Source: the human T2T-CHM13v2.0 reference genome, Homo sapiens. From it: a stretch of 64,000 bases of DNA. Shown one piece after another: positions 12,171 to 26,763 of this stretch. Each line of letters starts with the position of its first letter. The first letter of the stretch is position 1. A model generated the notes under the pieces. That model made no database searches, was not told the origin of the DNA, and saw nothing but the letters and a program-made list of their open reading frames with translations. Both the position numbers and the translations under genes were made by a program. The stretch lies in assembly GCF_009914755.1 (NCBI RefSeq), contig NC_060928.1. One strand, given 5' to 3'.

Positions 12171-13574
12171 ATCACCTCTAACTAGAGCTATAGAAAAAGA
12201 AAGCCAGTTTCAGATTTCTTCCAAGTCCCAGCACCCCTTCAGGCCTCTCTCCCCTATAATCCCACCCAGCCTGATGTGATACAGTTAGAAGGACCTTAAA
12301 TTCCACATCAACAGAGGGCCTAAAATCCAATCTGGCTGTAACAATCCATGCCCCATTACCCAATCTAAAAGACTGGAATTCTCTCCCAAGAATTGGCTGG
12401 TTAACTACGATGAAGTGGCAGTTCACACAGGCAATTTCTTTTATCAGGTATAAATTCTCAGTATGCAATAATCTGGCCTCAAGAATGAAATCGAATAAGC
12501 ATTTTCAAGATCATCTAAAGAAGCAGCTCCAACAACAACATTTCCAAATCCTGAGCCAAGAGTAAGAGAATGACTTTCATCAGAAATGATGGGAGCCAGC
12601 TGCTCCAGGAAAGATGCAAGCAGGGCGAAGAATGGACATTAAGGAGGACGCCAAATGCCAAAGGGCTCAGCAAAGCCGTAAACACTTAAGGGGAAGGGGA
12701 CACATCTTCCCTCAAAAGCAATTAAAAATTAATTGTGACACATGTTGAAATTCTGAACACAGTCAAATTCTTTTTTCCTCACTTCAAATCCTCTAGGCTC
12801 TTATCACCACAAGTCCGACACCCTCTTTGGTGTGTCTTTTATTTTAATTGCAAATCTATTTTCATAGTATAATATTTTTATGAAACTATTTGAAAAATAA
12901 AGGTCATGGCTTTTTTATTCATTATTAAGAAAGAATGAATAGTTGTGTACTTAAATTCTTCTAGTTTTTAAAAATCTGGCTTATTAATAAATATTTGTTG
13001 CAATTGCACAATATTTATGTTCAAAAAAGCCATTTAGGAAAGAACAACACATTCTTTACTGTACTAGAACATGAAATCAGGTAAGAGAAGATATTTCAAA
13101 AAAAGAAAAAGCATGCTTTGAAGAAAAATATCCAAGCATTTTATTTGCTACATCTTAAAATGACCAAATAATCAATAACAAAATAAGTAAAAAAGATTTT
13201 GTTTTTAAGTGAAGCCCAAATGCCAAAATTTTAATATTCCAATCTCAGTTTTTAAATAAGTACTTCTGCTTATTTAGCATCATTAAGAATCTTACAGACT
13301 CGAGAGCTATGTTAGGCACTCTAAAAATTAATATTTCTCACACCTCTTATAATTTTTGCTAGATAGAACTTTGAAAGATTAATATTGAGTATAGAATTTG
13401 AAGCTATAAAAATTAACATTTGTCTCCAAGAGCAAAGCCTGGGGAAAATAAAATAAACAAGAAATGTGGACAGCACTGTTAAAGGTTTTCACTGAAACTT
13501 TACTTGCGATAATTACATTTTCCAAATCTAAAATAGCCTGGCTCATACTTTTGTCAAAAAGTAGGAGAAACTGG

Positions 13575-13977
13575 GACAGTCTACTAGGTCACTGAGCTAA
13601 AATCAAGTCATCAGCAGGGCTGCATTCCTTTTGGAAGCTGTAAGAGAGAATCTGTTTCCCTGCTTTTTCCAGCTTTTGGAGGCCACCAGCATCGCCTGGC
13701 TTATGGTCCCCCTTCCTCCATCCTCAGAACCAGCAACAGGGGACTAAGTCCTCCTGCTATCACCTCTCTGGTTCTCTCTCTTTCACCTCCCTCTTCCATT
13801 TATAAAGACTCCTACCCTGATAATCCAGGATAATCTCTCTATTTTAAGGTCATTTGATTGTCAACCTCAATTCCATCTGCAAACTTAATCCCCCTTTGGC
13901 ATGTAACATAACATACTCGCAGGTTCCAAGGATCCAGGCACAGACATCTTTGGCGTGCCATTATTCTGCCTGCCACA
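13575..13977 (-). mobile_element. MaLR solo LTR, MLT1C/MLT1D-like
   Basis: GCTAAAATCAAGTCATCAGCAGGGCTGCATTCCTT...GATAATCCAGGATAATCTC...CCATTATTCTGCCTGCCACA is reverse MLT1. Confidence 0.8.
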
Positions 13978-14119
13978 GCCACTATCTCCCATCCAATGTG
14001 CTGGAAAGCTATTGCATTTGAGGTATTACTGTATGATGTGTGACTCTTCAGCATGCATCCCTCCTTTTTCTTTAACTGCACACCGATTTCCCTTCAGGTT
14101 AACCATGTCATACTCCAGT

Positions 14120-14590
14120 CACACTCCTTATAAATCAGAGGTAAAATGCCCCAATCCAGGGGAATCAAAGTACTGCATCCCCTGACCACAGTGAATGATT
14201 CAAGCTTATGACTAAATCAAGTAGCCAATAAAATCTCTACCAGGAAATGTACTGGAACTGTCAAAAAAGAGGCATCTGTCTTCTGGAGTGAAAGGTAGAA
14301 TGACAGCCTGGAGATGACAGCAACAGTCTTTGCCACAACTTGTGGGAGGTGTAGGGGGAGGTGAACCAATCCTACTCTGAAAGAGAAATAAAACCAATAC
14401 AAAGGAAAAATGAGAAAGATACAAGGAAAAAGAGAAAGAGGGAATAAGAGAAAGAGAGAGAGTCCATGAGAGTATCATTTGAACTCTAGATCCAACTATA
14501 CCTGACTTTGAAACCTCATCAATTTTGTTTTCCTTAACCTGTGTGAACTAGGTTCCTGTCACTCGCATCCAAAGGAGTCATGACTTCTAC
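14120..14590 (+). mobile_element. Old ERVL-type LTR (LTR33/LTR16-like)
   Basis: CCTGACCACAGTGAATGATTCAAG...AGCCAAT...TAGATCCAACTATACCTGA...GGTTCCTGTCACTCGCATCCAAAGGAGTC. Confidence 0.5.
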
Positions 14591-15104
14591 ATGACTTCTG
14601 TTAGCAAACTGGAATGAAGGGAATTTCAACAAAATAAGGTGTAAGAAGTAAAAGAATTGTATCTGGTAAACATAAAATATAATTGGCATGGAATCCATAT
14701 GGAATAACTGGTTTTGCACCATTCCTTTCTCAACTCCCTCTCTCTACTGCTATATTACAATTAATTAAACAATACTACACTGAGATACAAACATGAAGAT
14801 AATACATGAAAACAAAACTCTCAAAGAGCTGTCACATGGTGAGCTGACTGGCTGGACAGTTTACAAGTCCATGGCACAGGAAATTAAAGTTCCTGGAAAT
14901 TCATGGTGATAGGCAGACCTACCTAAAATGTAGGGATTAGAATGAAGTACCTCTCTTTGAGTAAAAGTTTTTTAAAAAAAAGAAAAAGAAACAGCACAAG
15001 TCAAAGACACACTAATAACAATAGTTATGATTCTATCTTGTTTACAGCATAGCAGCATTTTATGAATGCTATGAAGTAAATAGTAGTATTTTCACAAGAC
15101 TATG

Positions 15105-16195
<1,091 letters not shown>

Positions 16196-16410
16196 TTTTT
16201 TCTAAAATGTAGTATTATGCATATGTTACACACAAGAAAGTAACACTTTGAGAGGTTAAGGTTACCAGCTAGAAAGCGGTGGAGTTAGGACTTTAAACTA
16301 CTCAGTCAACAGTGTCTGTGCTCCTGACCACTTGATAGAGGAAATATGAGTATTAACAGGTCCTCTCCTGGATATATAGATTTAGATTTTAGATTAAGAA
16401 ATGGGGCCAG

Positions 16411-16865
<455 letters not shown>

Positions 16866-19800
16866 TGAACTTTACATGTAAAAGAGAGAGGTTCTTACAC
16901 GTAAAGGAAAGAGAACTGGAACTCATGAATAATGCCATCAATCATTCTTTTTGTTTGCATATCTAAATAAAAATATACTTACTAAATATTAAGAAAAATT
17001 GTTGGAAATGTGATTTACTATCTAAGACCACAGTATCTGAGGAATCATATATTTAATCCTGTTTTACTTGCTACAAGTTTCCTAATGACTATTTTTGTTT
17101 TATCAATCACTTCAAGAGCAAGGTATACCTTTTCATGCTGCTCACAATTTGTTCTAAATTCCATGAAGATTCATCATGCTGAATTTGTGGCAATCATTTT
17201 CATAAACAAGAGACTGACATTTTACCACAAAATTTCTCCTAGGGATTTACAGTTAGTCAGCAAAGTCATGTAAACTTCTTTGGAAAATCAGGAGGTATAA
17301 ATTATATGTGGGAACAGAGGTTGCTATGCTAGGAAACTTCCCATGCTTCACTGTCCATTTTCAGGAATATACAACTCTCAGATTGCACTGTATGAGGTAG
17401 ATGAGTCTTCTCGTAGTACTAATAAAATTACAAAAACATTTGTATAATATGATTATTCATATTTATTGGGTACTTGAGAGTTAGAAAAATTACGAATTCG
17501 CTGCATCTTTCAGATTGCATAACCAAATATTTAAAAATTATATTCAAATATCAAAAAGAAGAAAGAAATAATTCTAAAGTGAAATTTTAAAAATCAATAC
17601 TTTCCTAAGTTGCTAGTAGGAGTTCAGATCATACAGACTTGTTCAAAAGCCATTTGTCAAAATGTATCATGTGAATTTGTTTTTACTCAGTAACCAACTT
17701 GTGGGGCTCTCTCCTAAAGTAGTCACTTGAAATGCAGGCAACAACATATACATACACAACACTGTGTGGCAACATTCACTATCATGGGAAAATAAATACT
17801 GTTAGGAAAATGATTATACAAATTAGAGTTTATTAGTATGATGAGATTAAAATGAAGTTCAGAAGGAGTTTGTAATTATGTTGAAAAATTGTACTAAAAC
17901 ATTAAACAAAACAAAAACAGTTATACAAAAAATACAGTGTGTGTATTGAAAGAAGTCTGAATAAGAACACGCTAAATTATAACAGCAGTTTGGGAACTGG
18001 AATGATTTTCAAAAATCTTAAGAATCCAGAAAAATTAAAGAATATAATTACAGTGGGCACTTGTAAGACATCAACAATCTGGGAAAACACTGACTAATTA
18101 AAAAGAAAAAATTCAACAACTTACAATAATAGAAGTAGTATAGTTTAGGAATAAAATTTGATCTCTACTACACGAACACTAAAGAGAAGATTCTCAAAAT
18201 TCTGATAATAGCAATCCTTTTTAAAGAAGCATTAAAGTTCCATTGAAGTCATCATTGTCAATATATCCTTTCCAAGCACAATAACCCAACTCTTCATATC
18301 AAAATTACTCATGATTTTGCCAGGCAATTTGGAATGGTCCCTAATGGATTTCCAAGATAATCTGGGTTGGCTACTCAAAGTAAAGAATGTTTTAAGATCA
18401 TCATCCTGGAAGCAGAGGCGACCTTGAGGGTTTTTTAACATTTCTGAGCAATATTATAATTATTTGGTACAATGACAAGGAAAAGCAGTGAAAGCATGGC
18501 TAAACACCAACACTAAGTTGTGATAATGGTGATACATAGCATGCTGCACTTAATAAAATTTTCACCTAAGAATCTTGAAGCAGTTAACATTCACCATAAT
18601 CATGCTCAATGGAGGGACAAAAGATAAATCAGTAAAGCCAACTCCATTACCTTTAGTTACAAGAAAGAATAATGGCTTGAGTAGCTAAAATTCTAAATTT
18701 TACAAAGGATCCCCCTAAACCTCCTTCACCACACTTTCTAGTACTGCTGCTGGCAAATTGGATTGACAGATTTTAATCTTAGCTTAGCTTATCTTTCCTG
18801 ATGCCAGCAATAGGGCAAATGATCCCAAGTAGGCTGTAGTTAAAAAAACAAAAAATTAGTTGGCATTCCAAAACTGCACATAGAATTCAATTCAATTTAC
18901 CAAATACTTATTGAGTACAAACAGAAAAGCATACAAAAAATTATAGGCCTAGGTCCCTGTGCTTTGTGGGGTGGAAGAGGAGTCCCAAGAGGCCTTGATA
19001 ACATTGAATAATTAATTGTATAGCCATTGTCACCATCTTCATTTTCTTAGGGACCAATTCAGCCTGGAGAAAGGCACAAAACAAGAGCATTCAAGGAAAT
19101 TCAGAACATAGATAAACCTTAATATAATAATATCCTGCTTGCTAGATCTATTCATTGAATAACCAATATTTGAGGACCCACAAGCTACCAAGCACTGTTT
19201 TATGTACTAGAGATACAACTGGCATCAAAACAAAGTCTTTGCTCTCATGAGGGTTAATCCAGTGACAATGTTTACTGGTCAATAACTAGGTAAGTGACTC
19301 ACACTAAACCTTACAAACTGAAACCTGAAAATGGTGAAAAATTATCTCTTAGTAAACTAGATATCTGAGAGAATAAGATTAGCAACTTTATTTTTTTAAG
19401 ACTGGGATGTAATGGAATTTGCAACTGAGGAACAGAAATAGGACAGATGCCCCAATTCCAAGAGGAATCAGGAGATGGAAGATATGCCCCAATTCCAAGT
19501 GGGGTCGGGAAAGGGAAGACAGCTTAACACTAAAGGATCACAATGCTTTTTCCTCAAATGATACTCAAGCAATCTCAGTGGTGGCTTATGAAACAAAAGG
19601 ACTCAGAGAATTCTTTTTCAGATTTTCCAATGTCTACAGAACTATGATTATTTCCTAAGCCACATGTGTCATTGAGCAAGCCTCCTTACCCAATTGGACC
19701 AGCCACACCAGTTTCCCACAATTAACTCAGGCATCCTACCAAGGCAATACTCTGAGTCAGAAATGACAGTGCTCCCTGATACGCCCTAGAAGTATGTCAA

Positions 19801-20239
19801 TGATCTCATGAAACATACTTACACATATATACAGAAACATACTCAAACACACAGATATATATGTATGTATGGGTATAGGTAGGTGGTTAGAGAGGCAGTT
19901 CCTATCTGGTTGACAAAGAGGCACACAACTAGGTCAGGGTTCAAAACCTATTTACCCATTTTTTCTAGGGTGAATCCTACTTTCCCACATACCAAGAAGG
20001 TATTATTCCACTGGCTGAAGAGAGAAGGAAGGAGGCAATATCCTGCATGAGACACTATATTGGTGACATAGCTATACATATTCTAACCTGTCCCCATCAC
20101 AAACTGCCTTCTCTTTACCTAAATAAAAGCCTTCCTAGTCTAGAGGGTTGAAGCATGTAAGATATATTTTTGAAAATTGACCTTCTAAGTTAAATACTAA
20201 GAAGTACATATCCTGTGACTCTAGTTACAAAGAGCATGA

Positions 20240-20470
20240 AAAACTGACACAATCAATTTATCCTGTTAGAAGTCAGGAGAGCAGTCACCTTTCATAACGG
20301 GAGAATGCTTGGCAGTTGGCATGAGGGACGTACAGGGATTCCAGTAATGTTCAACTTATTGATCCAGCTGCTGACTGCTGACTGCACAGGAGCATTCACT
20401 TTGTGAAAAATCAGCAAAGTACACTTATATGCACCCTCCTACATCTATACTACACTTCAGTAGAAAGTAT
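20240..20470 (+). mobile_element. Ancient L1ME-type 3' end fragment
   Basis: TGTTAGAAGTCAGGAGAGCAGTCACCTTT...GTAATGTTC...TTGATCCAG...TTCACTTTGTGAAAAATCAGC. Confidence 0.65.
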
Positions 20471-21599
20471 TTTTAAAATTTAGTTTCTTAACAACTTGTG
20501 GTTTATTACTCATTTATATTTAACCCTTCCTGAAACATTAAATTATTTAGAAATTATTCAGGGCCATGAAATTTATTTTCTAGCCAATTTGTTGAAAAAT
20601 AAATAAATAAAATCTACAAACATTATTTGTCTTTCCTAATGTATTTCTGATCAAATAACACGTCCCCAGGTAGTTATATAAAACTACTTCTAAATCAGTT
20701 AATAGAAAAAAAATAAATAACGTGTTCAGGAGTGCATTTCACCAAATCTCCAGGTTAGCAGTGTAGCAGTGCCTTTACACATGGGAACAGGGGAGCAAAA
20801 CTAATTACTGTACATAAGATTTTCTTACATATGACACATAAACCAAAGTGAAATGATAGTTATACTTTTGCTATCACAAGACCTGTGGGCCAAAATCTAT
20901 TTTATTCAATCTGTTCTTCTCTTCATTCAACTTGAAAATGATAAATAAGAATGGTAATAATAAAAGAGAGAAATCCCATAAAACAGATGAATATGGGAAC
21001 AAGTAAATCTTCAGCACTACACCCTAAGAGGGCTCCGCCTCCTCTCTTTCATACTGACTTATCTCTCCTCTGCCAAATTTAAGGACACCTGTACTATTTT
21101 CTTCCCTTTAAAAGGGCTACCATAGTAATTTACATTAGCAAAACAACTGAACCAAACTTCGGTTCAATCCAGGGCCTCTTATATGAGAGCATCCTAATTC
21201 TATCTTAAAATTCTAATCAAAGCTATATATTTTATGAAATTTTTTGGTGGAATGGGTGATCTTAAGACATCTTTTTAATTTGCATATTGAAAAGTTGGGA
21301 CATGTAAGTAATCAAATATTTAAGTAATTAAAAATAAGACAACTTTCTTCTCCCTACTTAAGAGTTGGTTAAAAAAAATTCTTTAAAAAGATAAGGATTG
21401 ATGGCTGAATGTTATCAACTACGAATGACAAGTATCTGATCATAAACACTGTACTTTTAGGGCAGTTCTCAGTGCCTTTCCTCCCCACTGTTCTCCTCTT
21501 GCCATCGAGGTCTAAGCTTGGGAAATACATCCAACAATGCTAAGCACTGAGTAGGAAGGAGCATTTTGATATATGCTCATATATTACAGGCTACATATA

Positions 21600-21825
21600 C
21601 ACACCTCTGGGCTTAGCTCTTGGGTTTCTTAGTTAACAAGTGTGAATCTCCACTGTGTACTATAACAGGTAGCTATGCAACCTCTCAAGCTTCATTTTCC
21701 TCATCTCTAACATAGGCACAATAGTATCCCCACCTCAGAGTGTGGCTGTGGGAATCAGTTGACATAATACATGAAACAATCAACACTGTGCCTGGCATTT
21801 AATAAACGGCCAATGACTTGTAACT
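21600..21825 (+). mobile_element. MIR SINE
   Basis: AACCTCTCAAGCTTCATTTTCCTCATCTCTAA...CACCTCAGAG...CTGTGCCTGGCATTTAATAAAC. Confidence 0.65.
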
Positions 21826-22713
21826 ATGTTTGCAGCAGCAGTTATAAAAACTTTTCTTCTAAAAGACAGCTTTACAATATCACCTGACAAATACAGAATT
21901 GACAGAGACTAATACTCTGCCAAAAAGAAAAATTATCTTTTAAAGTAATCCAAGTAAAATGTGTATGAAAAGACTTTGAATGTAGCCTGGCTTCTTGCCA
22001 GATGACTTTCAGCCTCCGCATTCACAACAAATACATTATTCTAAACAGCTTCAAGAAAGACCATGGACTTCTGAGTGACCTGTTGCAAGTCACTTACACT
22101 CTCTGAATCTCAGTCTCCTCACCCATAAAATGGGAGTAAGAAATCTCCACACCATCAGAAGAGTACTGGGATTTTAGATATTAGCAAAAGGCCTAACAGT
22201 ATCTTTCACATTAGGAGATAATTATTTTAAAGCAGATTGAATAACAGAAGTCATCAGAGGATTTACCCAAAGCAGGAAAGATTGTAAGAGAAAAATTTCC
22301 ATGCTCTGTACTTCATTGTTCTCTTCTATGTAGCATTCTTGCCTTCTGTTGTACTCAAATGTGCTCCTCCTAAATGCTACAGAAGTTGATGATTTTATTT
22401 CATTCATCTCCATATCATCTTACAGCCCCTCCATCATCTTCCAAGTACATATCAGTGGCTTGTACAAAGACAGTAATAAACTGATGCTTGAAATGTCCAA
22501 CTGCAGGAGAATTTTTACCTCACTATAATTTAGCCCCAGGAAAGTGGGACCTTCCTCCAGAAAGAGGAAGAGAAGAACAGAAATGTTTCCGGACTACAGA
22601 TTATTTTTTTTAACCACCAGTGGGAAACATTTCAGAAACAATATTTTGCTTAGCTCACTTCATTCCCTTACTTTCAACTTAAGATAAGAGTGACATCTGA
22701 GAACAAAGCTTAC

Positions 22714-22741
22714 CTATTTGCACCATTTCTTCATTACCAGC
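22714..22741 (-). CDS. ADAMTS3: ADAMTS3 coding exon 2 (28 nt; AGNEEMVQI plus the first base of Asp33)
   Basis: Polypyrimidine tract ...CTTTCCCCCTCCTTCCAG|GCT GGT AAT GAA GAA ATG GTG CAA ATA G|GTAAGC; links exon 1 (phase 0) to exon 3 (phase 1). Too short to appear in the ORF track. Confidence 0.95.
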
Positions 22742-24031
22742 CTGGAAGGAGGGGGAAAGCAAGAAAAAGAAAGTTACTGGGTTTCATCTTATCACCTTGT
22801 GAGTTTTATTTCTACCATTAATGGTTTCCAAGAGCTAACTAATCAGGAGATGCTAGAGACTGGGATTGGTGCCTAAAGCCTGCACCTTGGTTTGTAGAAG
22901 GTTCCATGAGCCAATTCCATAACAATTTGGGGAAGGCAGTTGTTTGCCCCTTTTCATTTTAATTTAACACTTATGAAGCCAGCAAAAATACATACAGACT
23001 CTCAATGCTCTCTTCTGAAAACTCGTACTGGGTCTGGATTAGAAAAGAAAGTATGAATTTAACAGGCCAAAATACACTTAACAGGGGGCCTGATTAATCA
23101 GATTTAAGGTCAGGAATCAACTAGACAATTCTCTACTTTTTACCCTATGGTCGATCAGACCAGGCCGACCGGAGAAGCTACAAAAACTAACAGAGAAATT
23201 CTGTACCCAAAGTCCCATCGGCCCAGTGCTGATATGATTTACTACAAACAGCTCCCCTGGCGGAGCCTTCTCAAGGACTCTTCTGAGAGCATCGGGCTTC
23301 ACCTTGAGCCTCCAAAGGGTTGGGGGCAGGGCCGAAAAGAAACAGAGCTGCACTCAACTTAGCTTTAAAAAGAGGAGGAGTTGTGCAGAGGGGGAGGGGA
23401 GAAGGCGGCCGGCGCCTGCAGCCTCTGCCCAGGAAAACGGAGGGCAGGAAACGTCTCCAGCCCCCCTCCCCAACTGTCAAATCCTAGCCCGGCCGTAGTA
23501 CTCCCAGGACACGTGTCTACTGGATCTCTCCCTGTCCGGCCCAAGGACTTCCTGAAACCCCCGCCTCCGGCTGCCCGAAAAAACCGTGAGTCAGTTCGGA
23601 GGAGAGAAAGCTCCAGGAACCCGACTCTGGCGGCAGCAGCCAGAGCGCTGGGATCCCGGACCCAGCGTCCAGAACTTCATTCAAGCGCCCAGACCGCCCT
23701 CCAGAAAGGGGAAGCCCAGATGGCCCGGCGAGGATGGGAACTGGCTGCGGTTTGTCACTAGGAATTGTTACGAATGTCGCAGACTGGTGAAGCCCTAGGT
23801 GTGACAAGACTGGGCTCCCGGAGTGGGAGTCGTAACCTCCCGTGCAACTCAACCCTCTACCCCCAAAAGCCCGCACGCTGCGCCCAGCCCTCAAAACACC
23901 GTTTCTGAACGCAAAAGATAACAGGGAAGGGTGGGAGGAGAAGGAGGAAAGAGAGGAGGGTAGAGAGGGGAGGAACTTTTCGGGAAAAGGTTGGGTTTGA
24001 GTTTTTTTTATTGTTATTATTTTCCACTTAC

Positions 24032-24100
24032 TTGTCCATCAGCTGAAGTCCTAACCTCTACCAGAGCGGCTGCTATCAACCAAAGTGACAGGAGAACCAT
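24032..24100 (-). CDS. ADAMTS3: ADAMTS3 coding part of exon 1 (69 nt; signal peptide MVLLSLWLIAAALVEVRTSADGQ)
   Basis: ATG at 24100-24098 in context GTGATGG, in-frame upstream TGA at 24115-24113, hydrophobic signal peptide, donor CAA|GTAAGT at 24031. Confidence 0.97.
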
Positions 24101-24560
24101 CACGAGTCGAGTTCACTTTCCAACTACTGGGCAAAGCAAATGCCCAGAGCAAACCCACCCCCCCCGCCCAAAATAAGTTTCTTTAAGAAAAAAAGGAAAA
24201 GGGAAAAAATGCGAAATAGAAAAAAATGATCTTCTGTGCTTTGCTTCAATGAAAATGAAATTTGAGCTCTGAGACTGGCCCCCTCTGCTCTGCAGTTTTT
24301 TCCACTTCACCTTCTCACCCCGTCCTCCCAACACAGAGTGTGCAGGAGCGAGAAGGTGCTGTAAGCGGGCACAGGCTAAGCCTGGGAGAGGGGGAAGGGA
24401 CGAGGGGCTTTCCAACTATCTCTGCCCAAAGCAGCTTTTTCGAGGCTTTTCGAGCACCATTGGTCCCTAAGGTTAGCGCGGAGAATGCTTGGGTTCCCCG
24501 GAGCACAGCAGGGGGAAGTATTAGCGAGAGAGACGAGCGAGCGGGAGCGGGAGAAAGAGG
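24101..24560 (-). other. ADAMTS3: Probable ADAMTS3 5' UTR; upstream limit (TSS) approximate
   Basis: Lies between the GC boxes (about 24600) and the ATG; the TSS cannot be fixed from sequence alone. Confidence 0.55.
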
Positions 24561-26763
24561 CAGGGAGAGGGCGACTCCGCCGCACACGCAGAGGTGGGGG
24601 CGGGAGGAGCGAAGGGGAGGAGGAGAAGGCAGGCGGAGGAGGTGGGAGGAGTGGGCCGCTCGCCGGCTCCTGTTGCTCGCAGCGCGGCAGTCTGCTGGCT
24701 GCTGGCGACCCGCGGGGCGCTAATAAGGCGTCCGGAGCTCCCCGGACTGCCCCTCCCGCCGTGGCGCCCACGTCATGCGGGGCCCGAACCCGCGCCCCCC
24801 GCACCGTGTCAGGATTGGAGACCGCTCGGGGGCTGGTGTGGCCCGGGCTCGACCTCCCACCCTGGAGCCTCTCCTTCTCCGCCTAGGGCGAGAGGAGGGG
24901 AGGGTCCAGGGGCGCCACCGGTCCCGACTGGCGGGACGCGCGTTGAGTTAATTATAGGAAGGGGGAGGGTCCGAGGGCTGGTCCTGGGCTGTAGGAAATT
25001 CACCTCCTCCAACCTCCACTGTTCTCCCAGCCAGAGAATTCTCCCCGAAGAGAAGCCCTGGAACCTCCAGATCTTAACCACGCGGTGATCTCCCTTCCAG
25101 GCACCAGTCACCTCCCACGTTTTGGCAGGGGGTGTCCTTCTTTGTAAGCTCTTGTTTAGGCTTTATTCGTTTATATTAGTTTTAAAAGATACCACGTCCT
25201 TTCCTTGACTCACCCGGATGCTTCCGTTTATCACTAGAGTACACAGGCCTCAGCGACTCTTCCTCACACCCAGATTAAGTTATCAAATGATTTCTGCCCG
25301 CTGTGGCCTGGCGCTTCCTGAGGGGAAATGACACCAACCTGAGAGTTTGCTGGAATCCTAGCCCAGGCCCACCTCCCAGGCGTAGACACCTGTGGGTGCT
25401 TTCCAGAAAGCAGACAGGAGGAAAAGGAAATAGCTCCAACCTCCACTGACCGGTCCACGAGCCAGGAGTGAGTAGACACAAATTTAGATACGAACTTCAA
25501 GACTTCAACTGGACAGTCTTGAAGAGGCCTGCCCACAATAAAACGAGCTAGTGTTTATCTTGTTATGAGATGCAAGATAAGTCATAGTTCTTGTTCTTTT
25601 TTAAAAGCAATGTGAGTTTGGAGGGTTTCCTATAACTTCGATTCATTGTTTATTCCTGGAGAGGTAACGTGATGGTTGTGCCTTTAACTTAAGCATGGAA
25701 AGATTTGGTGTTCACTGATGTTTTATCTGCTAAGTCTTCTCAAAATCATATATCGAGGACATTTACATATACAAATGAGAAACTAGGTAACTAAATGGCC
25801 CCACCTAGTAAAACAGGATATTAGGTCAATTAGTTATTAATTGGAATTAGAATTAGACCCCAGCACTGAAGTATCTCTAAATTACTTTTTTCCTTCAATT
25901 AAAGCCTGTAGCATTTTTGTAACTTGTCATTAACTAGCTATCCAGGAGTGATTTGCTACATTTTACACGGAGTTTGTCTATTCATTAAAAAGAAGTAACC
26001 CTAAGCATTCCATAAATGAAAAATCTGTCAATTTACACTGACAAGTAAAAGAACACTAGAGATACACATTAGGAGATCTAGGTTCTAGACCCAGCTAACA
26101 GCTGTCTTACCTTGACAAGTCAGAATAAACCTCTATTTTGGTTTCTCCTCTATGAGATATTTGAGATCTAAAATCATCTGATTTTAGGTAATAACAAATA
26201 ATGTATTTAACCATGGTATTACAGTAGGCCCTTTTGTGTTAATTTTACAACATTCAGACATTAGTTATCACCTAACTCCCGGCATAGCAAGCAATTCATG
26301 TGACTTTCAGGAAAGCAGCGGCTTCAGACATTTTTGGCCATCACCACAGAGAGAAATGCATATTGCATAGCGACCCAGTAAAAATTTCATGATTCAGTAC
26401 TTACCTGTACTGCATGCAACAACCCTGATATTTTTCTTGCCATTCTTTCCCTGCAACCCCAATTGCAGATGAGCACTCAATTGATTTCACAACCCAGCAA
26501 GTCATGACTCTCACTTTGACAAAGATCAGTTTAAGAGCATGCAATAGGGTTTTTTTTTAATTCTAAATGAGTTCTAATTAATAGGGTTCTCCTAATATAT
26601 TCTAAGGCAGAGTTTCCCAAAGTATTCCCTGGAATATTAAATGTTTTACCAGGAAAAGGAAAATTCTCAGACAGCCAACTGAGCTCATGAAATACTTAGA
26701 TAAATGAAACAAAATGGCTCTCCTTATTTCAGACTTCAGGGTACCTATTTAAACAAACACATT

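Larger units (their letters stand above)
23140..25090. promoter_or_regulatory. ADAMTS3: CpG island / TATA-less promoter of ADAMTS3, spanning exon 1 and the start of intron 1
   Basis: Abrupt rise in GC and CpG density against an AT-rich background; GC boxes such as GGTGGGGGCGGGAGG at 24593-24607; contains the first coding exon. Confidence 0.93.

Noticed and set aside
24947-24956. TAATTATA as the TATA box of a divergent lncRNA
   Set aside because: Non-canonical, and I could not support any downstream exon structure from sequence.
23117-25536. Many overlapping 60-164-aa ORFs on both strands
   Set aside because: Expected from stop-poor GC-rich CpG-island DNA; low-complexity R/G/P/A products, mostly with non-ATG starts and no recognisable domain.
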